From the NCBI GenBank assembly GCA_025360865.1, contig JANYBG010000140.1, positions 5,342 to 69,341 on the forward strand: a stretch of 64,000 nucleotides of DNA, in the 5' to 3' direction. Both the position numbers and the translations under genes were made by a program. The notes beneath the pieces were generated by a model that was not told the origin of the DNA, did no database searches, and was given only the letters and a program-made list of their open reading frames with translations. The stretch comes from Pseudomonadota bacterium. GTDB taxonomy: Bacteria; Pseudomonadota; Gammaproteobacteria; Steroidobacterales; Steroidobacteraceae. Shown here in pieces: positions 48,495-56,496 of the stretch. Each line of letters starts with the position of its first letter. Position 1 is the first letter of the stretch.

Positions 48495-48537
48495 GCGGGG
48501 CTCCGGGAAAGCTTGGCGCCAGGTGAGGCGGATCTTG

Positions 48538-49287
48538 TCATGAGTCATCCGCTCCCGGCAGGTGGCGGAGGTTCGCCTCCCACTCCTGCCCGTTGAACGG
48601 CTGGGTGGCCATCGCGCGCACGGTGCCGGCGTCCAGGCAGCGGGCATTGACGCTGTAGCCGTCCGGGTGGGAGCGCGGCACGTAGAACGACTTGACGCCA
48701 CACACCTTGCAGAACAGGTGCCGCGCGGTGCCGGTGTTGAACTGATAGTTGGTGAGGCTGTCCGCCCCGGACAGTAGGCGAAATCGCGACTTCGGCACGA
48801 TCAGGTGCAGGAACCCGGATTTCGCGCAGATGCTGCAGTTGCAGTCGGCCACCTCGATGCGCGCAGGCGCGGTCACCTCGAACCGGACCTGCCCGCAATG
48901 ACAGCCCCCGGCATGTACCACCAGGCCGGCACCGGCCTCACCTGTCCGCGCCTGGCGGGCCTCCACGTAGACCCACGCCTGCGCCCCGGAGGCGAGCGTC
49001 ACCGCGATTCGCGCGTAGGCGGACACCTCGTACGCATCCGCGGCGCGGATCTCGGCGTCGGTGACTTCGAACGCGGTCCCGTCCACCCGGCTGGCGGGAT
49101 CGGCGCCCCGCCGCACGATGGGATGGTGCGTCTTGCCGCTAGTGGCCACCACTTCTGGGTCCTCGATCAGGACCTGCGCGTGATCGAACCCGAGCAGCGC
49201 GTCCCGGGCCCCCTTGAGCCTGCGGCCGAAGGTGGCCAGCTGCACGTCTTCCTGCTGCAGCGTTCCATATGAGAAGAGTAATGGCAT
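48538..49287 (-). CDS. fusion protein: gamma-glutamylcyclotransferase (AIG2/GGCT-like) + GFA/CENP-V domain
   Basis: Start MPLLFSYGTLQQEDVQ... (GGCT-like, ~115 aa). After a linker comes ...GGCHCGQVRFEV...CNCSICAKSG...FCKVCG..., the zinc-Cys pattern of the glutathione-dependent formaldehyde-activating family. One uninterrupted ORF. Confidence 0.78.
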   Translation of the reverse strand: MPLLFSYGTLQQEDVQLATFGRRLKGARDALLGFDHAQVLIEDPEVVATSGKTHHPIVRRGADPASRVDGTAFEVTDAEIRAADAYEVSAYARIAVTLASGAQAWVYVEARQARTGEAGAGLVVHAGGCHCGQVRFEVTAPARIEVADCNCSICAKSGFLHLIVPKSRFRLLSGADSLTNYQFNTGTARHLFCKVCGVKSFYVPRSHPDGYSVNARCLDAGTVRAMATQPFNGQEWEANLRHLPGADDS

Positions 49288-49297
49288 GAAGGGTCGC

Positions 49298-49702
49298 CTA
49301 GGGCAGGGGTCCGGGTGGCGGGCCAGCGGGCGCCGCGATGCCCGCATGATGATCGAGTTCACGGAGGATGAACTGCGCCACGGCCTCCTCGATGCAGGCG
49401 AAGCGGCGCTGGGACGCAGGTCGCAGGAGCTGTCCGATCTCCGCGTCGCGCAGGACGTACCAGCCCTCGGGCGTCTCCTTGGCTTCTGAGTACGCCAGCC
49501 ATTGGTCGACCAGCGACGGATGGCTCATGAGCATCGCGCGAACCTCCACAGCCCCAAAGCCGGGCCGGCTGGCGCGGTAACCCGCGCGCTCCAGGAGGGC
49601 CCCGACGGTCGCGCCGGTTTCAGCGCCCAGACGCTGCGCGATGCGCAGGAGCGGCATCAGCCGGTAGCCGGCATCGCCGATGGATATGTCCTCGGGCGTC
49701 AT
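49298..49702 (-). CDS. hypothetical protein
   Basis: 134 aa soluble ORF, 10 nt upstream of the GGCT-GFA gene on the same strand. Family not recognised. Confidence 0.5.
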   Translation of the reverse strand: MTPEDISIGDAGYRLMPLLRIAQRLGAETGATVGALLERAGYRASRPGFGAVEVRAMLMSHPSLVDQWLAYSEAKETPEGWYVLRDAEIGQLLRPASQRRFACIEEAVAQFILRELDHHAGIAAPAGPPPGPLP

Positions 49703-50064
49703 GAAGTCCCCCGCGACCTGAGGACTCGCGCCACCCGCGCCGCTGGATCTTTCCCGCCCATGGGCCAGAAACGATGCCCGCCCGGGGCGCGCGCGTCAAT
49801 TCGTGGCGCGGCTCGCCGGCCGCGCGCGGCTCAGGCGGACGCGCAAGGCCGCGCCGAGCGTCCGAGGAAGCGGTCACTCAGGGTATCCGTCGCTCCCAGG
49901 CACGGGTGGCTGCGCAGGACGAGGTCGGCGCGAAACTCGCGGAACTCCCGGACAAGGCCATCCGCCGGAGCAGTGTGTGGGCATGCCAGGTCCACGAAGC
50001 GAAGGTACGCGTCGCCCGGAACGGCTGACGCGGGGTTGAAACCAGCCAGGGCGAAACCGGCCGG

Positions 50065-50550
50065 TCACGGTTTCTCGCGGTCGTAGTAATCCACGCTGGT
50101 CTCGGCGCGGAACATCCCGCGCAGGCTCCGCGCGCCACGCTTGCCGGCCACGACCAGCACCTTGCCGGAGTCGGGATATTCACAGGCCTCGACCTCGACT
50201 ACCGTGGACAGGGCCAGGTAGCGCAGGTTCGTGGTGCCGGTGTTGATGATCTGGTGGGCGACCTCAGGGCCACCCGGCGGGCAGGCGATCACGTCGTGCC
50301 TTGCGATCGGGTAGCGCTGGTCGCCGAACCTCAGCTCTCCCTCGCCCTCGAGGATCAGGAACATCTCCTCCTCGCCGTGGTGGCTGTGGAACGGGCACTG
50401 GATCTTGCCCGGCGGCAGGACCGTCAGGTTGTAACCGAGGTTCCTCGCGCCGATGTGGTCGCTGATCTGGCCGCGTCGGGACGTGTAAACGCCGTTGTCC
50501 TCGACGTCGTCGAATTCAACCGCGGCCAAGTTCATGATCGGTTTGCGCAT
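50065..50550 (-). CDS. cupin domain protein
   Basis: 161 aa. ...FHSHHGEEEMFLILEGEGELRFGD... cupin motif 1, and ...PPGGPEVAHQIINTG... motif 2. Confidence 0.85.
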   Translation of the reverse strand: MRKPIMNLAAVEFDDVEDNGVYTSRRGQISDHIGARNLGYNLTVLPPGKIQCPFHSHHGEEEMFLILEGEGELRFGDQRYPIARHDVIACPPGGPEVAHQIINTGTTNLRYLALSTVVEVEACEYPDSGKVLVVAGKRGARSLRGMFRAETSVDYYDREKP

Positions 50551-50679
50551 GTCGTGCTCCGGAATATGGGTTCGAGATGATCAATCGAGAGAGCCGCCGG
50601 AGTATCGGCCCAGGCCAGCATGAGCGCCGCCCATGCCCGGCACGCGCGGCATGCTACCGCCAGGGCGCCCCGGATCGCG

Positions 50680-51066
50680 TCATGACGGCGCGGCGCAGGC
50701 TCCCTCTTCGGACGCGAGCTCCCGGGTGCGCGCCTGTACCGGGAGAGTGTTGACCTGGAACTCCTCGAACGTGAACTCCCTCGACAGCGTGCCGATCATG
50801 CAGTCGCAGGTGCGCAGCAGAGGCTCAAGCATCGGGGTGACCCGCGCTCTGAAGTCAGGCGGCAGGTCTTTTACCGCGAGGTTGTTCCGTTTCAGGTAGT
50901 CGCGCGTCGTGTTATCGAGAATGATCTCCCGGCAGTTCGTGACCGCCGCCTGCACGAGCTCCGGCGTCCACCCGGTTTCGCCCCCGGGCGGGCTCTGGCC
51001 CCGGACGGGCGCGGCGGTGGCGAGCGAGGTGATTATGAGGACGAACGCGCTCGCGAATGGCTGCAT
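50680..51066 (-). CDS. hypothetical secreted protein
   Basis: Start MQPFASAFVLIITSLATAAPVRG (signal peptide). 128 aa with Cys pairs. Family not recognised. Confidence 0.55.
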   Translation of the reverse strand: MQPFASAFVLIITSLATAAPVRGQSPPGGETGWTPELVQAAVTNCREIILDNTTRDYLKRNNLAVKDLPPDFRARVTPMLEPLLRTCDCMIGTLSREFTFEEFQVNTLPVQARTRELASEEGACAAPS

Positions 51067-51274
51067 CGGACACCTGCGGATGGGCGTGAGGGTCACGCTG
51101 TCCGCTGATATTACTCCCGGGGCACCCGTTCTTCCTCAGTCGGCTATGGCCGAACTCGAACGGCGTTCTTGGAGATCCCCCCACACAGCCGCCGCTTTTC
51201 AGGTACGGCACCAGTGGCGTTCAGGATCAGGCGCATCCTCGACTTTCACGTATCGGAGCGGTGACGAGATAGCA

Positions 51275-51640
51275 CTAGCGAACCGCGCCCGCGTCGAAGT
51301 TGGGATTCTCGATGATCCCGAAACGATTGCCAAAGGGATCAACAACGGCGGCTACCTTGATGCCACCACCGACCTCTGTCACGGGATCCAAAGGGGAAGC
51401 GCCCAGTTCCACCAGCCGGGAATAGGCGAGATGGATATCGGCGACACCCCACAGCGGTTGCGGGCCGGTGATCCCTGGGGCCGACTCAGGGACCAACCCC
51501 AACTCAAACCCGCCGATGGAGAACCCCACGTAGAACGCCTCATCAAAATAGGGTGGCACGCCGAGCAGGTTGGTGTACCAGCGCTTAGCCGCGCCCAGAT
51601 CAGGGGCGGGGTAGATCGCGGTTCTCAGACCAAGAAGCAT
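51275..51640 (-). CDS. VOC (glyoxalase/bleomycin-resistance/dioxygenase) family protein
   Basis: Internal ATG preceded by AGGAGG. 121 aa: ...YTNLLGVPPYFDEAFYVGFSIGGFELGL...DPFGNRFGIIE. Confidence 0.8.
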   Translation of the reverse strand: MLLGLRTAIYPAPDLGAAKRWYTNLLGVPPYFDEAFYVGFSIGGFELGLVPESAPGITGPQPLWGVADIHLAYSRLVELGASPLDPVTEVGGGIKVAAVVDPFGNRFGIIENPNFDAGAVR

Positions 51641-51781
51641 AGGGTGCCTCCTAACTATTCGATGTCGCTGATGCCGCCGGCCTGATGAAGGTCTCGAGTG
51701 CGACCCAAGCTCGGGACGATGGCAGGCTTCGCCTGACGGACGGCTCACGCCTCGGATGGGCGCGCAGAGCGCGTACGGGTT

Positions 51782-52168
51782 TCATTGGCCCGCTGGTGGC
51801 TGCCACAACTCGACCTTATTTCCCTCGGGGTCCATGAGCCAGGCGAATTTGCCAAAGTCAGACTCATCGATCTTGTCGAGAACGTCACAGCCTTCCTCCC
51901 TGAGCAGTTTGACAAGGGCGTGCAGGTCTTCGACCCGGTAGTTGATCATGAACGGGGCTTCGCTGGGCGCGAACTGGTCGCTTTCAGTGGCGCCGACGGA
52001 CCAGATTGTTGTTCCGCCTGTGGGTTTGCCGTCCGCATCAGCCCAGATGAATGCCGCGCCGCCCCATTCTTGTACGTCGATGCCGAGGTGGCATTTGTAC
52101 CAAGCCCGCAGTGCCAATGCGTCCTTCGCCTTGAAGAAGATGCCGCCGATGCCCGTAACTCGCTGCAT
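51782..52168 (-). CDS. VOC (glyoxalase-like) family protein
   Basis: Internal ATG (codon 32) preceded by GGAGG. 128 aa: MQRVTGIGGIFFKAKD...WLMDPEGNKVELWQP. Confidence 0.8.
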   Translation of the reverse strand: MQRVTGIGGIFFKAKDALALRAWYKCHLGIDVQEWGGAAFIWADADGKPTGGTTIWSVGATESDQFAPSEAPFMINYRVEDLHALVKLLREEGCDVLDKIDESDFGKFAWLMDPEGNKVELWQPPAGQ

Positions 52169-52306
52169 ATGAACCTCCGATGTCAATTGGGCGGGAGCAG
52201 GGGGTGTTCTCCGCGGCCTTCGCGCCCGGACGCACCGAGCGGATCGCAGGAGCGAGGACACTCCAAGCGTGCGCAGCCCGTGACCAGGCCACCCCTGGAG
52301 CGCCGG

Positions 52307-52750
52307 TCAGGTCGTGTCAATGCGCTGGATCCCTGGCCGGCCTCCGCGTCGTTCAGCCAGGCGGACGCCCTGTATAAGTGCTATTCCCAGCGCCCACAAG
52401 TAGAAGAACGGAAAGGCGAGGAGGATCTCTTTCCAGTCGACATGTGACTTGCGCTGAAACTGAACAAAGGCGATAAACGGGGCCCATGGGGCCGTGATCG
52501 ACAAAATGAGAAGCCACCGCGGAAGCCTGATAAACAGGGTGAAGTTGGATAAGACCCCAAGGATGAGCGCGGAGCCGATCAACACCGCGGCGAGACTTCG
52601 CGCTCCGATTAGAAACGCAAAGCCATAGGAGAACGCGGCGGGGGCCATGAAAGCGCCGACGGAGGTAAGCTCGGTGTTCGGGGTAACCATGGACAGCCCG
52701 TAGAGCGACCATCCGATTCGAGCCAGGTTGCCCATTAAGTTCGGGTTCAT
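52307..52750 (-). CDS. hypothetical membrane protein
   Basis: 147 aa, about four TM, in a visibly A/T-richer stretch. Family not recognised. Confidence 0.6.
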   Translation of the reverse strand: MNPNLMGNLARIGWSLYGLSMVTPNTELTSVGAFMAPAAFSYGFAFLIGARSLAAVLIGSALILGVLSNFTLFIRLPRWLLILSITAPWAPFIAFVQFQRKSHVDWKEILLAFPFFYLWALGIALIQGVRLAERRGGRPGIQRIDTT

Positions 52751-52845
52751 CTTGTTGGTGGCAGGCTTATATCTATCGCTTGTTCAAAGCCAGACCGTAT
52801 ACTTTCCGTCTTAGCTGAAGTTGAGTGAGTCACCAAGGAGTTCCC

Positions 52846-53097
52846 ATGCAGAAGATCATTGTTGTAGCAGTCGCGTCCCTTTTATGCGGATCCGCCTTTG
52901 CCCAAGTGGGTACAACGGTCAAAGAGGGTGCGAAAGCAACCGGCGAAAAGGCCCAGCAGGTCGGAGACCAAGCCAAGGCTTCGGTCTCCTCGGAACCCGC
53001 AAAGACCGCGGATAAGGTTAAGGCCTCCTCTCACAAGGCAAGGGCTCACAGACACGCCGGCATGGCGAAGGACGCGGCGAAAGAAATCCCGAAGTAG
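52846..53097 (+). CDS. small secreted Lys/Ala-rich protein
   Basis: ATG with AAGGAG 5 nt upstream. Signal peptide MQKIIVVAVASLLCGSAFA, then a low-complexity K/A/E-rich 60 aa. It is the only plus-strand ORF in the accessory block. Confidence 0.55.
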   Translation: MQKIIVVAVASLLCGSAFAQVGTTVKEGAKATGEKAQQVGDQAKASVSSEPAKTADKVKASSHKARAHRHAGMAKDAAKEIPK

Positions 53098-53470
53098 ACG
53101 AGCCGGCGGATGCGATCAACGCTCCGCATTGCTCTGGATCTGAATGGCGTAACTCGGGAGTCGCGTGGCTGTACGCCTCGCGACTCCCCTTCGATTGGCC
53201 GTCGCCGATGGTTGAGTCGGGCGATTCGGACGGCCGACGCCAAGTTCCAGTGCGGTCCCACTGCTGCACCGCGACGAACAGCGAGCGTGGCCACGCCCCG
53301 GAGGCGACGCTGCGCATGACCGCGTCCCAGCGGCCGAGGCGATACTGACCACGCGTCAGTTCAAAGCGGCTAACGATTGACATGCGCGGCGTGTCGAAGT
53401 GCGGCAGTGGCCTTGGGAACGTCCGCTCGCCGGAGGGGTTAGGCGTTTGGCGGCACGTTCCGTGTGACGG

Positions 53471-53878
53471 CTATGAAAGGGGTATGCCTAGTTGCCGCGC
53501 CTGAGCCGCCGAATCTCTAGCGCCCCAGCGGCGCTTGATTTTATCTTTTTCGATTTGGAACCACTCCATGGCGACTAGCTCATATGATTTTCCCGTTGGT
53601 TGATTGCCAAACGCCGGGGCTCGAAAGATACCTGTCTCGATGTAGCGAGCAGCCACTATATTGGCTTCTGCGATCAACTCCTGAACGCGCAACTGCATCC
53701 CGTAACCTTCGATGAGCTGGCGCCAGATGGGCTCTACTTGTTCGAATAGCGCTTTACCCATAACGCCTTGAATCTCGGCGTCTTCGGCAAGCAGGGCTTT
53801 GAGTGCCTTCAAATCACCTCTGTTGAAGGCCTCCACATAGCTGCGCACTATCGCTTTGCATTCTTCCTCGATCGGCAT
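53471..53878 (-). CDS. SnoaL-like / NTF2-fold (ester cyclase-like) protein
   Basis: Start MPIEEECKAIVRSYVEAFNRGDLKALKALLAEDAEI... with GGAG upstream. 135 aa. Confidence 0.75.
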   Translation of the reverse strand: MPIEEECKAIVRSYVEAFNRGDLKALKALLAEDAEIQGVMGKALFEQVEPIWRQLIEGYGMQLRVQELIAEANIVAARYIETGIFRAPAFGNQPTGKSYELVAMEWFQIEKDKIKRRWGARDSAAQARQLGIPLS

Positions 53879-54051
53879 GCGCACTCCGGGTTGATGTTGC
53901 TTAGCGTTCGCGCTCAGGCGCGCCAAGCGAGTTATTCACGCGAGGATACCCGGATCGCGCGGCATATGCCGCCGCGTCGCCTGCGCGCTTTGGTAGGCGG
54001 CCCGCGTTGTCCTGCTCGTACGTCATTCTGAAGAGCCGTATTTCGAAGTCC

Positions 54052-54516
54052 TTATTTACTTCCAATAAGGGCTGGGATGTCGGGCGGGGGAGATTTGATT
54101 TCGACAACGGTCGACTCGACTAACGCTTCGACCGTGTGTAGCACTCCCGGTGGGTGTCGAGCCACATCGCCGGGACCTAGAACGAAGACTTCATCTCCAA
54201 TCCATGTCTTGACTCGACCCGAAACCACGTAGATTAACGATTCATGGGTGTGCGTGTGTAACGGCGCCTTCGTGCCAGGCTGATAGTGAAGTTCGAGTAT
54301 CGACATCTGTTCGCCCCTGAGCAGGGGCTTGAGCATGAGTTTCCCGTGCATCGGCTTGCCTTCGATGAAGCTAACGAGCACATCCGCGACCTCCGCGTGC
54401 CTAGCGACGAGCTGTGGGCGCCCCGCCAGGGCAGACGATGTGGTGGCGCCGGCAGGTTGGAATGCCGACCCGGCACAAGCAGCGCAAAGAGTGACGACGA
54501 GTACGAGTGAGCGCAT
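54052..54516 (-). CDS. secreted cupin domain protein
   Basis: ATG preceded by AGGAGG. Signal peptide MRSLVLVVTLCAACAGSAF. ...GTKAPLHTHTHESLIYVVSGRV... Confidence 0.75.
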   Translation of the reverse strand: MRSLVLVVTLCAACAGSAFQPAGATTSSALAGRPQLVARHAEVADVLVSFIEGKPMHGKLMLKPLLRGEQMSILELHYQPGTKAPLHTHTHESLIYVVSGRVKTWIGDEVFVLGPGDVARHPPGVLHTVEALVESTVVEIKSPPPDIPALIGSK

Positions 54517-54749
54517 ATGAATTTGCCTCCTGGGAGGATGAGGATCGAAGGGAAACCGTGCGCTGAGATAGTGGCCGCCGGGACAGGGGCCGCCTGCCGA
54601 TGAGATTGAGCGGCCGACCTTCGGTCCGCTACGTCGTGTCGCGCGCGTACGCCTAATCCGACGCGCACAGCGCGCTTCTTTAGCTCTCACGGCCTCCAAT
54701 CGTCAGTTGGATGATGAAGTGGCCGGATCGAGACGGATCTCTTGTTCAA

Positions 54750-55235
54750 TCAGAGCTTCCATTCATGGTTTTGGAGTACCCAGGTCGTCGAATACCAATA
54801 CCGCCCGGAGATGTCCTGACCGTCGAAGATTTCCTTCATACGACCGGTATAGCTGACAACGGCAAGATCGGGGCGCACCAGTCGGACCCGGGCGCGCTGG
54901 AGCTCATAGTCGAGCAGTTTGGTCTTCGCCAAATCACGCGCCAGATCGTCACGATTCAATTCGAGATCAGCGCTGACCCCGTAGTATTCAGGGGCAAGCA
55001 GAGCGGCGATCAAAGGCCAGTCCCCCTTCTTCTGCGCCCCCCAGTACCGTCGGTCGGCGGCGAGGATCGCCGCGGTCGCGGGGTCTGAGTTCTTCGTTGA
55101 GCCTGCGTTTGACTGCGGTGATTGCGGAGTGGTCTCGGCTGCGCCGCTGTCCGACCGGGTGCATCCCAATGGGCTCATGGCAGCCACGGTTAAGCACGCG
55201 AGCACTAAGAGCGCGCGGTTTCGAGGGACTGGCAT
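54750..55235 (-). CDS. lipoprotein with DUF4440/SnoaL-like (NTF2-fold) domain
   Basis: Lipobox ...AAMSPLGC. The mature part ...AILAADRRYWGAQKKGDWPLIAALLAPEY...WVLQNHEWKL is NTF2-like. Confidence 0.7.
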   Translation of the reverse strand: MPVPRNRALLVLACLTVAAMSPLGCTRSDSGAAETTPQSPQSNAGSTKNSDPATAAILAADRRYWGAQKKGDWPLIAALLAPEYYGVSADLELNRDDLARDLAKTKLLDYELQRARVRLVRPDLAVVSYTGRMKEIFDGQDISGRYWYSTTWVLQNHEWKL

Positions 55236-55492
55236 GGCGCTACCCCTTCACCGTGTAACGTCGCCCTTGAGCCGCCGTCCGCCAAAGTTCAACAAGCGCC
55301 GCGATCGAAAATGACTCAGCACTCGCGGCGTGCATTGATCCAGTTTTCATGGCGGCTCCAAGCGTTGATGAAATCATCCCTACAAAGTTGGCCAGTCACC
55401 CAATCAACAGCAACGCCGATCACGCTCGTGTCGCACAGCCGACTTAACATCACGGCCGCTCCAAGCGGTGGTTAGACGAGCCTGCGAGGGCG

Positions 55493-55828
55493 TTAGCCCT
55501 GATTGTTTCCAAACGTGGCCCAGCCATCACAGACTCCGCCGTTCGCACCCAAGAGTGCGTTCAACTGGGCCCGAACCGCGACCACGCCTTCGTAGGTAGC
55601 GAGCATGGATTTGGAGCAGTAGACGCTCCAAGAGTCACGACCGTCGTCCTGGGAGATCGATGGATCAAAGTCGTGGGCGGCGACTATTTCCGCGACGCGC
55701 CGAGCTGTAGCTTCATCAGCCACCGCGACGGCGAAATCTATGATCATAGGTTGAGACAGGTCCGCGCCTCCCGCTGCGACTCTTCTAAGGGCCTCGCCGT
55801 CCGCGTCTTGCGGGTACTCAGTGTCCAT
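55493..55828 (-). CDS. RraB-like (regulator of RNase E activity B family) domain protein
   Basis: Start MDTEYPQDADGEALRRVAAGGADLSQPMIIDF... and C-terminal ...GVCDGWATFGN resemble the RraB pattern (...YDGWGTY). An A/T-rich promoter-like tract lies upstream. Confidence 0.6.
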   Translation of the reverse strand: MDTEYPQDADGEALRRVAAGGADLSQPMIIDFAVAVADEATARRVAEIVAAHDFDPSISQDDGRDSWSVYCSKSMLATYEGVVAVRAQLNALLGANGGVCDGWATFGNNQG

Positions 55829-56005
55829 GACGTCTAACGAACATAACGGACTTCCCCGTCCCGAAAACACACCGAAGTGTCAGGATTGAGTTGCGACATC
55901 GATCCATCTTTAAAAAAAAGAAAATCCCCAGAACATAGTTTCCACCCTTGGAATCGACTTGGCAAAGAACACCTTCTCGGGCGGAAGTAGCCGGGCCCTT
56001 GTGAA

Positions 56006-56461
56006 TCAGGCGAAGCCGTTCTGGCGCCATGCCTCATATACGGCTACCGCCACGGCGTTAGAGAGGTTCAGACTGCGGTTGCCAGCGCGCATCGGGATGG
56101 CGAGCTGGTGCTCGCGCGCGACATGGCTGAGCACCTCGGCCGAGAGGCCGCGGCTCTCGGAGCCGAACAGCAGCGCATCGCCCGGCAGGAATCTCGCGTC
56201 GCCGTAGCTGCGTGTGCCGCTTGTCTCGATGGCCATGAGTCGCGCTCCGCCGAGTGCTGCGAGGCAGGCGGCGAAATCCACGTGCACGTGCACGCGGGCG
56301 AGCCATTCGTAGTCCAGTTCCGCGCGGCGCACTGCTTTTCCGGACAGGTCGAAACCCATCGGATGCACCAAGTGCAGCGCCGCCCCGGTATTGGCGCACA
56401 GGCGGATGATGTTCCCGGTATTGGGCGGGATCTCAGGCTGGAGGATGACGATATGGAACAT
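56006..56461 (-). CDS. trmL: tRNA (cytidine/uridine34-2'-O)-methyltransferase
   Basis: 151 aa SPOUT protein. MFHIVILQPEIPPNTGNIIRLCANTGAALHLV...LLFGSESRGL...NLSNAVAVAVYEAWRQ. Confidence 0.92.
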   Translation of the reverse strand: MFHIVILQPEIPPNTGNIIRLCANTGAALHLVHPMGFDLSGKAVRRAELDYEWLARVHVHVDFAACLAALGGARLMAIETSGTRSYGDARFLPGDALLFGSESRGLSAEVLSHVAREHQLAIPMRAGNRSLNLSNAVAVAVYEAWRQNGFA

Positions 56462-56496
56462 GTACCTGCGACGGGAGGTGACCCACGTGTGCGATA

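Noticed and set aside
53018-53383. 121-aa minus-strand ORF (MSIVSRFELTRGQYRLGRWDAVMRSV...)
   Set aside because: Only the first ~55 codons look coding. The rest is S/P/R-rich and overlaps the better-supported plus-strand gene by 80 nt. I could not assign a family, so it is kept only as a possible remnant in a finding.
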